This document shows, in pieces, positions 47,847-59,587 of a stretch of 64,000 bases of DNA (its first letter is position 1; every line of letters starts with the position of its first letter). The notes beneath the pieces were generated by a model. That model was not told the origin of the DNA, ran no database searches, and saw only the letters and a list, made by a program, of their open reading frames with translations. Where the stretch lies: NCBI GenBank assembly GCA_907165135.1, contig OU015566.1, forward strand, positions 1,922,001-1,986,000. The letters are read 5' to 3'. The DNA is from Oikopleura dioica. Its lineage: Eukaryota; Animalia; Chordata. The translations under genes and the position numbers were made by a program.

Positions 47847-49367
47847 TCATTGAGAAAAATGAGATAAAAGCCCAATTTTCGCAAATTTGCCGAGTTTGAA
47901 TCCTTCTTCTTTCAGCCACGATCGCGGGTAGTTCTTGTTTTCTGTGATTGAAGATATTTTAAAGTACTGAAAAGTTTTACCCTATCCTTATTTTTTCATC
48001 CTACCTGGAGTCGTTTTTTCTGATCAAATTTCTCCAATTTTTCGATTTCTTCTCCAGAAAGGGCGAAACCAAGCTCTGTTTTGGGCAAAACTCCTTCAAG
48101 ATTTTTCGAATCGACCAGAATCGGAGTTCCTCTTTGAAAAAAATAATTACAATGAAAAAAAGAAAAATTCAAACTTTTGGCAGAAAAATCGAGCAGCAAC
48201 GTCAGAAGGTTGTTTTCGATGAGATTTTGCGACTTCAGTCAAATTGTCTTCAGAATCCAAGTCGGAGAATACGGTAGAAGCGATGGGGAGAATATTCTTG
48301 TTTCGAAGAAATTGAACAAGATCTGGTTGTTGGTGGCGAAGATGGAGTTCGATGAAGTTGCAGGCGGGCTTGATTTTTGCAGCGACTTTTTTGCGGCTAA
48401 TTTTTTGAAAAATTTTATTTTAGTAAAAAATGTAAGAAACCATTCCTGAAATATGATTGACCAAATCCTCATCACAATTCGCCAGTCCAATCGCTTTCAC
48501 CAACCCTTTTTCATAAACCCTCTCCATTTGCTCCCAAACGTCTCTGATTGGAACATATTTTTTTGCCGGAATTCCTTCTCCTCCCAGAAAAATAGGAAGA
48601 TCGCCAGAGTCCGTTTTGAATTGCCCGTCGAGTTCTTCAGTTTTTGATGCAAGCTGCCAAGGAGTTTCAATCACGTGAAGGTCGGAATATTCGAGTTGCA
48701 GTAATTCGAGTTCTTTTTCCAGCGCTAGAATTCTTTATTGAGTCCCGGAAAGGCCCTATCCAATAAGAAAAATGACGAGATAATCCCCTATTCTTTTAAT
48801 TGTTACCAAAAAGCGTGTTCAAGGCAATTCTAGAGGAAGTGTCCTTACGTATGAGAATAATTGATTGAATCACCTTTTTCGACATGGTCGTGGTGTACCG
48901 GCGGTAGTTTTGTGGTGACGAACAAATCCTCGCGTTTTAACACTCCCGCCGCAAGCGCCCGCCCGATTCCAACGCCGACTAAAAAAAGATGCTTATTTTC
49001 CGTAACTTTGCGGTTTCGACCTTTTAGAAAATGGAAAAAATGCTTTCTCAGAAAATAAAACGAAGAATTGTAAAAACGCTTTCTTTTTGATTTACCTTCT
49101 TTCTGATTTTGAGCAGACATTTGCGTGTCAATGTGCCTAACTCCTAGTTTGATAGCTTCTTCGACGATTCTAGCTGCTTTTTCGCGCGGCAAATCGCGAG
49201 TTGAAAGTCCCACTTTTCATGTTTTTCAAAAAAAAACTCGATGTTTTTTTCGTTTTTTGAAAAATAAATTTATTTCTGTGCAAAATTGAAACATGATTTC
49301 CTACAGGAATCTTGCTGCCATTATTCAAAACACAGTATCCCACGGCTGAGCTAAGTAATCCAACCAT
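47847..49367 (-). CDS. Aldo-keto reductase family protein with atypical catalytic residues
   Basis: LNNGSKIP/VGL, GVRHIDT, REDLFVTTKL, VWEQMERVYEKGLVKAIGLAN. Confidence 0.82.
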
Positions 49368-51110
49368 AATTCCGTCAAGAGTAGTTCGCTCGTTTCTTTT
49401 TCTCTGAGTGGAGGCACTCGTTAATCGCAAATATTATGCGCGTTCAACAAAGGCGATAGAGCTCCCTGCGCAAATACTGTCAGATCGACAATCAGCTTCC
49501 TTTCTTTCTGAGCACATCAAATATCCACAGATTAAGTACTGTCAATATTTATCAAGAAAAAAAAGTTGAAATTTGAAATTAAATTCCTACTGCTCGTTTT
49601 CGCTATAACGAAGATTTCTATCAGCCATTTTATTGGTCAAAATTCAAATATTTTTTAATCTCATGAATGCAACCAATACGCGGGCTGATAGAAATTTTTG
49701 TTATAAAACCGATTAATTGTAGGAAAAATCTATAAATTTCGACCAAAAAATTGGTCATTTTTGAAATTTTCCTTTGACGGGAAAATTTTTTTTCGATAGT
49801 TTTTTTTGAAAAATACAGTTCATTGAAAATTAATAGAATTATAAGAGACCCTTCTTTTTTGAACAAAAAAGCCACGTGCTCCAGGTGTTCATAAGCTTCC
49901 GACCACAGTAAAAGGTCTCTTATGCGTCTCAGGGTTAACCGATGACGAGTTAATATCGGATTACTTTTCCTATCCCTTCTCTTTTTCATGATTTCCAAGA
50001 AAAGAAACCGGTCCAGAAAAAGCAGTTGTCACTCAAGAAAACTCAAAAGTTGTCAGCGGCACGTTACGTGATGTGCCACCCTTAACTCAATATTTTTATT
50101 AAGCAAGTGATCTGACTTGTATTTCAAATTCCAGCATTTCAGGTGAAAGAATTTTCGAATAAAGAAAAATGAAAGTTCGAAAAAAGTGAAATTTGAGGAG
50201 CGAGAAGTTGCAAGTAAGAAGCTTATTGAGATTCTTTCGACGGATGGAAACGTCATCGAGCAGTGAGGGTAATTCACAAACGTGGATACCCTTAAGTTGG
50301 TACTATCAATTATGAAGAATTTGAAGGACAAGAAAAGCGAGTTCAAGAACGACCTCATTCGTGAACGTCACTTCAAAGAAGGAATAAGCCTGGATGATGC
50401 TATCCAGGTTCCTTGCGGTTGTTTATGACCAAATCGCGATCCCCCTCGACATCGAGCAACGGTCAAAAGTTGCTTCCAGCTGGGCGCACCTGGGCACCAC
50501 AAGACGTGAACATACATCCCCAGGGAAACATGCCTTCTTGACAAATGAAATTGCGCAGTTTTTTCCTTCTTCTATTTTTCTTTGAAAAATTTCATCAGAA
50601 AAGGGGTCGAATCGACAAAAAAATCCGACAATTTTTATAAAAAAAAAAGTCGATTTTTAGTCGCAAATTTTTTTGACTCGAATTTTGATGAAATTTTTCA
50701 AAAGAAAAAACTGAAGGAAAAAATGCTTCATTTTGACATTCGTCGCCTAGGCGGCCGAAACCACGTGGAAAGTCGAATTCTAATATAAAAATCTCTTTTT
50801 GGATTATTCAAAGTGCAAAAACCTGGCAGCGGCGCGATAAGCAAATTCAAAATACAAAAATAAGAAATTAAGTTTTCTAGATTCTACATTCTAGACTGGC
50901 ATTCTTGATGAGTTGCGAAATTTGACCATTTTTTGACTTGAAAAAAGCGCGCTCTGAAGAAGTTCAATTTCTGGGATGCGGGCACAGAGGACGGTATTAG
51001 GAGTTAATCCGAATTTGAGACGGGTTCCTAATCCACTCGTTTGATTTTGATCGCGCAGACTCAATAATCGCTCCATTCGAAAATTTTGAGAGAGCCAGAG
51101 GAAGTCGTTG

Positions 51111-53903
51111 ATGAAGACCGCGGCTGTTATCGTTGCTTCGGTCAGTTTTATTTCTTCAGTTTGAAGTGTTTTTGCTTCAAATACTTAAAAAGAGATATTT
51201 TTTAATTTTTGCTGTGAAATCTAACTAGCAGAAATTTTGTAGGTGAAAGCTATTTCCTGTCCAACTGGCTACTACTGGAGCGGATCAACCTGTTTAGACT
51301 ACGATGAATGCAATCCAACAACAACCACAACAACGACAACAACAACCACAACGACAGTAGAAACAACAACAACAAGCGATTCAGCGGTGCCAGCTTTCCC
51401 GGGACTTTGCGAAGCTGGACCGAAGTTGGCATATCTTGATGCTCTTGCGTACTGCCGCTCTTTTGGAGGAGAGCTTTTCAACCCACGAACATTGAGGGAT
51501 AAACAATTTCTTTCAACGATCGAAGAGGACGTCTGGATTGGGCCAAGGGCTCAAAATGGTTTCTACCAATATTCCGATAATCTCGGCTGGGCGGATCTGA
51601 GCTTCATCGGTTGCAAGAAACCCGAAAATCAAGGATACATGGCGAAAAAGAGCTGCATCAAATACAAGGACGGCGACGAGTGCGATGAGGATCACGATTG
51701 CACCCACAAGCATTACGTTCTTTGTTCCCATCCGGGTTGGTTCGACTGCTCTCACTCGAGACCTGAAAATTTTTGCCGAGTTTTGCCAAAAGCGACGTAC
51801 AATGAAGCGACAGTGAATTGCGAGGCAATGGGAGGGCATCTTTTTAATCCTCAAGATGGCCAGGATTGGGCTTTTGCGATTGATCATTTCCGTGAGGATA
51901 TTTGGATCGCTCCGAAAGTAAGACAAAATTGACTAAGAAATTTCGCAAATAAAAAAGGCTTCCCAATTTTCTGAATATTTATATTTAGTTTGCAAATGGA
52001 CGATACGAATTCGAAGGAAAGCCCATGAGCGCCGTTTTCAATTCGATGTGTGGAATCCGATCAGCTCTTGAAGCTCCTGCTCAACGAAAAGGAGGACCAG
52101 ATGAATGCATCAAGCTCAAAAGGCCGACGAGTGCGATTTGTTCCACGACTGCTCGCACGATCATTATTACGTCTGCGAAAAAGACGGTGTTCCTTGCCGA
52201 TCAAACGGGCTTGCTGGTCGCCGAAAGCGATCTCTAGAAGACCCTTGCCCAGCAGATCACACGTGTTTGAACCTCCCTGGCTTTTACCAGTGCATCCCGC
52301 CTTTTTCATGCTTCGACGGGGCTAATGGCGGATGCTCTCATATTTGCAACTCGAAGGAGCAAAAATGCGAGTGCCCAGAATGCTCAATTCTCGATTCGGA
52401 CGGCAAAACTTGCATCGTCGATCCCAGTACGATCCAAGTCAGCTGCTCGTTTCATGGAATCGATGTTCGCATTTCTGATGGTTGTATTCTCCTATTGACA
52501 GAATAATATTTAGGACACCATAATGATGGAAAATTCTATGTCAATTTGAATTTTTCTTGGACACTTTTCAGGGATAAAAATTTTATTTTCGTTTTATTTT
52601 CTTTGTTATCACAATCCCAATGCTAATTTGAGTTTCTGTCAATAGTAGACTACAACCCTCAAGATTGCCTCCTTGGCCCGAATGCCGCTGCCATCGGCGT
52701 CGTTGGGACAAATTGCTGGACTGATGTCACATCTCCAACTACTGAACTAACAGTACCCCTCGGACAATGTGGAACGCAGTTAGTTCAAACTCCATCTGAA
52801 CTGAAATTCTCCACCAATATCAAAATTACTCAACGAAAAACACCTCTTCAGGCAATTTAAAAGTATATGAACTAAAACAATTAAATTATCATTTATTCTT
52901 TATTTTCATTTAATAAAAATTCTAGATGGCGAATTTGGACCTAGACGTGAGCTGCTCGTTCAACTCAATTTTAAGCGTTTCAACAAGCGCAAATACGACC
53001 CAGCAAAGGGTGGAGTTCTCCGTGCCGCCAGGACGGGTATGTTGTTTTTTGCGAATATTGGAAAATTTAGAAATAAGAAATATTTTTGAATTTTATAATT
53101 TCGCATAAATTTAATTTTCACGTTATTTTTGCTCCTCCTTTTCGCATTAAAAAGGCCTTTTACAGGAGAAAGCGGCATCAAAATCGCTATCTAATGAAAA
53201 TATTTCAGGGTGAATTTGAATTCATCGCCGCGTACTATTTGGACGAAGCAAGAACAAAGCCAATCACGACCGAGACGGTCATCAAGCAAACTCAGCTCTT
53301 CTTCTCTGTCCGACCAAGGAATCGCTTTTGATCAAAACATGCGTTTTTAGGGTCCGAGGATCATGAAATTCAGATTTAACTTGAGCTAAAAATCAATCAA
53401 GTTCTTTAAAATTCAAAAGCTTTGAAAAGTTATAAAATCGACGGACTGAAATTCCACGTCAAAAAGTGTCGGATTACAGATGGAACAACTGATTTTGAAA
53501 TTTTACAAAGTAAGTTTAATCAATGATCATTCTAGCAATCAGTTAACTCAACGTTATAAAAACTTCAGAGAGTATCATCAATGATACCAATAATAATGAT
53601 AATAACTCAAATTTAAAGAATCAAAAAAAAAGCCAACCGATCTTATTGAATCTTTATTTATGGGTTCTGCTCTCTTCGAGTCTACCTGTCCAAAAATTTA
53701 TTTCAGATGGTTGTTTGAATCCCCTTGCCACCCCCTTCGCCGTCCAGAATTCCGAAGGCTGGCTGACCGACGAATTCAAACTGAGCTACACTGCTTTCCA
53801 ATTCGCCGCTGGAACTAATCCAACAATGCTCGAAACAATTTGCGATATCGTCGTCTGCAATGGCGATTTCTGCGACGACAGTCTTATCAATTCTTCTTGT
53901 TAG
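51111..53903 (+). CDS. Secreted EGF, two C-type-lectin-like, EGF and ZP-domain protein (start approximate; one apparent frameshift near 52120)
   Basis: CPTGYYWSGSTCLDYDEC, two CTLD-like repeats, RRKR furin site, CSHICN...CECP, ZP features VSCS, CGT, FQF, ICDIVVC. Confidence 0.72.
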
Positions 53904-54105
53904 AACAAATAAACTTCAAAGCAAGTCTTTTTCTCTTTTCATGAAATCTCATGGCAAGGGCGGCACTGCTCTCTAGCGCCTCGGAAAAAACGCTCGTCGC
54001 GCGCGAAAACCGCAGCGCGGCGCAAAACTGTATAAAAGTAAATTTTTTCGCGTCGAAAAAGCGTATTTGCGAAAAAATATCAGTTTGAGAAAAACGAGAG
54101 AAAAG

Positions 54106-55533
54106 ATGAAATTTGCCATTTCGCTTTTGAAATTGACGAGTTTTGCTTTCGGGCAAACAGAATCGGAAGACTACAGTTTTCCCGCGGATTATCCTGAAGA
54201 GGGACAAGCTCTGAACATCCGACTTCAGCGAACTCGAACCGCGGATTTGAACCTTGGCGATAAATTGAGGCAGATTTCTCATCGGAGAAGATTGATCAAC
54301 TCTCAGGTGGGTCGATTTGAGTGCTTATCGCGTTATTTTTCCATTTAGATTTCTCAAGCGAAAAAGTTCTACTTTGAATTTCACAACTACGGCTGCTACT
54401 GTGTTGCCCCGTCGGATCCGAACAAGATGAGAGGTCGACCGGTTGATGAGCTTGACAGGAAATCGGTTCTAGTCTTATTACTAATAGATGATTGACCATG
54501 ACGGTCTTCATTAAAATTTTACGTCGGGTTCTCTAGAAAGATTCGGGCTATCGACTAACCATAAGCGATTTTTTATATATCGATTTGTAGAGTTTTCCTT
54601 TGGTAGATTACAGGAACTCTAGATGTTAGTTTTCTGACCAAAGCTATTTAAAAATTTTTTATATATTTTCAAAAAATAACCAAAGAAAAGTGCTTGCAAA
54701 AAACACTCCCTCTGTTACTCCTGCGCCTTTTCCGACTACAAATGCGATCCGAAAACCATGGGGTGAGATTACTTTCTCTCTTTCCCCCCCCCTTCATGAC
54801 CGTTCATTTTCAGCTATCGTTATAAAATAACGAGTACATCATCCGGAAACCAAATTCAATGCACAAATGACCCAGATTCTTGCGCTTATGCTTCGTGCAT
54901 GTGCGACAAGGGGCTTGCTGAAGATCTGGGCACGCTGCTCATGAATGGAATTCAGCTCAATTCTACCTACAGGTAAATTCCGATAGCGAAATTGAAGACT
55001 AACAAAAAGCAAGGGAGTATGATGGGGCAAAGTGTACTTCTGACGTCAGAATTCCGGAAAATAACGATTCTGGAATCAACGAAGAGAAAAATAGAAATGA
55101 GGGATTCGCGAATTCAGTAATTGACCAGGCAGTAACATCAAGGAATCGTTCTAGAGATGAAAATAGCAAAAAAAAAAATCGAAACTTTGCGACATTTTTC
55201 GAAAAAAAACGACTAAATTTTTCTTGCGCGAAATTTTTTGAGTCTCGCTATCTCTAATTTTTTAATGCGAAAACCAATAAGACTCTCAAGAACAAATCAA
55301 GCTTCTCAACCGACATTCCCGAAGGCGTCTTCTTCGACGATGCCTCGACCAGTTCTTTTTCCAGCAATTCCGAGCAAATCACCTTCTTGAGCTCAGATCA
55401 TCAGAAAACGAATCACAAAGAGAAAAAGTGCTGCGGTCAGTATCCAAAAAGATTCCCATATGTTGTCGGCGGAAATCATGAGTGCTGCAAAACGGGCTTT
55501 TTGGAGCATTTAAAGCCAATCGGGACTTGCTAA
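54106..55533 (+). CDS. Secreted phospholipase A2-like protein
   Basis: Signal peptide, FHNYGCYC, GRPVDELD/SACKKHSLCYSC, CMCDKGLA, CCGQYPKRFPY. Confidence 0.72.
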
Positions 55534-57559
55534 GGGAAATTTCGAGCGATGACAAAATGGATTTTTTTGTAAATATCAAAACTAATAAATTTTAGTAAAA
55601 AAACAAAGAGTAGGGTGGGCAAAAATCTCTGACGATCCTGAAAGCTCAACGCTTTTTGGGGTCAAACCAATAAGAGATAAGTTTTTGGGAAATAAGCGAA
55701 TCAAAATATGAAAATAATCTCTTATCCAATCAGACGCCCTCATTTTTTTTTTGCGATTAGCCAATCAGATTCTTCCATAGCGGTTTTGCTTTTTTGCCAT
55801 CAATTAGCCCACCCTATCGATTTTTTTTATTATAACTTTTCAAAATAACTGGAAAGCAATTTCAACATGATAATTTGTAAGTATCATCTGAACCTAACTG
55901 TACATTCTTATTTTGCCAAAAAACTGCGCTTTGTTGGAAAGGAAGGAAAAAGAAGGCCACTTTTTGCTCCCACAACGAAGAAGTACAATTGAAGACATAG
56001 AAGAGAACAATCAGAAGAAAATTTTTCAAAGGATTTTTTTCTTGATAATAAATTTCTCTTTCTCAGCTTTATTTTTTTATGATTTGATGATTTTGGAGAG
56101 CAAGAAGAGGAAAATCAGGAAAATAAGATTCGAGGACGAGATGTTCTGAGCGCTAGAATTTGGCGATTCTGTTGTTGTCCATCCACTCCCTTCCTCATTT
56201 CTTTTCAGAGCTAAATTGAAGGGGTAATCCTTAATAAAGTAGTAGGGGGTTATCAGTCAGGCAGCCCATAAGCCGAAGCCTAACCCAGGGGCTATCCCCC
56301 CCGGTACCCCCTTAGGCCTAACATGTGTAGGGGGCTTCCCCCCGGACCCCCAAGTAAGCACTCCTTGTCTCCCAACCCTAGCCACTAACTAAGAAAAGGG
56401 TTCAAACGAACAGGCCTTTTTGGGTGCCCGACCGATAGCCCCGCAACACCCTTATTAAGTGTTTCATAAGCTGATTTACCTATTGGTTGTTGATTCTCGC
56501 AAATATGTCTTCCGGGCCCAAGAACCTTCGCTCGACAATCGAAATCAAAAAGCGCCTCTTCTTCAGCTTTCACAACCTCCACAAAGCTGTACTTTCGGCA
56601 GTCAGCATCGCAAATTCTATCATTACAGAACAGTGCCGACTGCGCTTGAAAATATTTTTCGAAACAATCTTCAATTTTTTTCTTTACTTTTTCTTTAAAA
56701 AAATAAGAAACAAACCTTTCTCTGTATTTTGCATCTTTGAGTCTGAGAAGAGCATTTCCTGTTTGAGCGAAAAAAGATCTATTTTCAAATTTCTGCCTTT
56801 TTTGTATTTTTAATCTTGACGAAATTATGAACTTTGTTGCCGAATTGGTGAATAGGTTTTTCGAGTATTTACGGATTTGGCGACAAAAGCGCTCGACAAA
56901 TTAAACGCTGAAGACGCTTGTCTCGTTTGTTATCATAATTGTTAATCGCTTATCTTTTTTCAGCAGCGTCTAGACCGGGTTCTTGAGTTTTTGTATTTTG
57001 AAAACCCGCTGATGACGCCTTATTATGTTCTACTAAAACACATCATTTCGAATACGCAGGTTTCTGTTGAGACAACAACTCGGACAGTGAAAGTACTTGT
57101 CAAACATTCAACAAAGCGGCTTTTCAGGGTAGACAATGGAGCAGAGTTCAAAACATAAAACCCCGTCGAAAGCTCTTTATTAAGGATTTCCGGTGTTTTA
57201 TTGATCAGACTCAAGAAATTTACCTCGAATTTCGATTATTTTCTCTGTAACTCCATGTGACATTCGAACTACCCGTTATCTTGTGAGAGTCCAAGATGCA
57301 AATTTCACGATTAAAAGATATAAGACGGTTTTTTGAAGCTCTTATCGAAGTATTATTGTTATCATGGTCATCCAAGGGTCTTAATTGGCAGTGCGAATTC
57401 GCATTATACAAAAGTAAGACAACTTTTATGGCATTTTTTGTAAAATATTCCATTTTAATCGACGATTTGGGTAATTATTAAAGGGCACCTTTGAGGATAA
57501 GAAGCTCAATTGATTGCATTTTCAGTCAAACATGCTAAGAATTGTCGATTTTCGGCTGA

Positions 57560-57956
57560 CACTGACTATGTCGCCGAATGTCGCCGAATGTCGCTGAATG
57601 TCGCCGAATGTCGCCAAAAAAAACAAAAACAACATGTTCTAGAAAACTTCGATTCCTTGTCATAAAATCGTTTTCTTATAGAATACTATTATGATCGTTA
57701 AAAATGTAATTTTAACAGAAATTAGCATAAAACTAGCCATAAGAAACCTAAACTAAACATCCCGTCAAGAAATTTTTGTGCGCTTCGCGCCTGGATAGAA
57801 GGAAACTCAAAAAGTGAGTCTGTCAATTTTTGCGCCTCCGTCATTTTCTAAAACGAATTTATTTTGATACCGAGACGTTTTTTTTATTTTGAGGCTATTT
57901 TCAACAAAATGGCGACATTCGGCGACATTCGGCGACATTCGGCGACATAGTCAGTG
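57560..57956. mobile_element. Foldback/MITE-like element with CACTG ends and 10 bp subterminal tandem repeats
   Basis: CACTGACT(ATGTCGCCGA)n on the left mirrors (GGCGACATTC)nGGCGACATAGTCAGTG on the right; no clear TSD. Confidence 0.7.
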
Positions 57957-59587
57957 CGTCCCCGATTTTCAGCTCGAAAAAAAGAACAAAAATAACAGGC
58001 AACATCAGGAGTAATGCAACTCTAACAAGATAACAAGGAGTTCTTACATCCATTCTGCAAACAGTTAACAAAGCTTCATCCCTCTTTAGTCAAGTTATTT
58101 CAGAAAAGCTTTGTTAATCTTGAAGAATTCAACCGTTAATAAAAAATGAGCGGTTGTTACGAGTAAAGACAAAATTACGCTCCGAAAAGAGCCATTTTGT
58201 AACACGGAAAATATGTTTTGTGGGTTACTTGATGTAAATTGCGCGGTCTGGTTTTTGACTCATGATAGCTGCCGTGTTCTCTGTTTTTAGGAACAATGAT
58301 CCACGTCGTGTTGAACATCCGTCGCTTCCTCGAGTTCCAAATATCATCACATCAAATACATTCGTTTTTAAATAGTCATCCAGGGAACGAAAACATCAGT
58401 TACTTGATTCAATTATCTTCAAAAGACGCCTTCTTTGTTTTCATTATTAGTCAGAAACGAAATCGGCGTTCTTCTGATAAGCACAAATTTTTGAGTTAAA
58501 AGGACGGTAAAATATATTTTTGAAATCGAAAAGCATTTTTCACGGCCTCAATTCGATAAGAAACGCTTCGGACGTGCTCAAGACTCCCGCTGCGCGACTC
58601 AACCTAGACTGAACTGCCGTGACTTTTTGCCAGAGGCTGCTGAAATTTTTGCAACCTCGCGAGATCGAACGCGACCTTGCGACCTCGCACCACGATTCTT
58701 TCTTTCTCTTTCACTTGAGTTGACGTTTATAGTAATTAAAATTTGATGGATCATTTTGGAACTGTGTTTTCGTCAAAAATATGTTTTTGAGTGAGTGAAC
58801 AAAATTTGTTTTTGACAAAAATAAGGCCAGAGATTGAAATGCTCCAAAACTTTATTGCACGAAAAAATAATGGATAGAATTATTCGTCGAAATGGAAAAC
58901 ACGTAATTAAGACCTGCTCAAGAACCCTGGGCTGATAAAAATCTTATCACAATGTCCTAGGAAGGCTGATCCGAAGAATGGAAGTCGCGTTTGTTGTTGA
59001 CAAAATGGAGTTAACAACCATCCTGGGCGAATGGTTGGATTTGATCACGAAAAAGAGCTTCCCCGAATGCTTGCATCTTTTTGTGGCGGATGAAAACATC
59101 ACTAATTCAAGAATATTTACGGTTTCTCCGAGTTCATCAATGAACTCCGCTGCTGATGTGTCTTTTGATTTTCTCAAAACACAAACCAACGAGTAAGTTT
59201 GTTTCACCACAACTATCAAATAATCCATGTTCAGAAATGACTCAATAATAATAGAAAAAAAAGAAGTTGAAAAAATTTTCATTAAATACTTTATTTTCAA
59301 TTTCTCAAATCGGCAAAAAGAAAAATTTTTGTACAGGAGCTTATTTTTTGAACTTGATGATTTTTTTTCTTATCAAAATGAACTTCGCAGTAGTTTTGGA
59401 CAGACAAGGAAAGTTATCTATATTTTCATGAATTTGGTTTTTTAAATAATTTTTTATGAATCTAATGCTTTTTCTGGGTACTTGTTTAATATCGCGATAT
59501 CATAATTATTTTGAACTTACAGTTGGAGAAAATTTTTTTTTTCGTTTTTCTTTAATAGTTGTAAAATAAATTTAAGAGTATAAATTC

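Noticed and set aside
57567-57616. 10 bp tandem repeats as a CRISPR array
   Set aside because: No spacers, eukaryotic context, no cas genes; explained by the foldback element.
58978-59196. Possible plus-strand exon, and similar fragments at 28.1-29.2 kb and 49.6-51.0 kb
   Set aside because: They may be real genes, but I could not assemble a supported model or assign a family.
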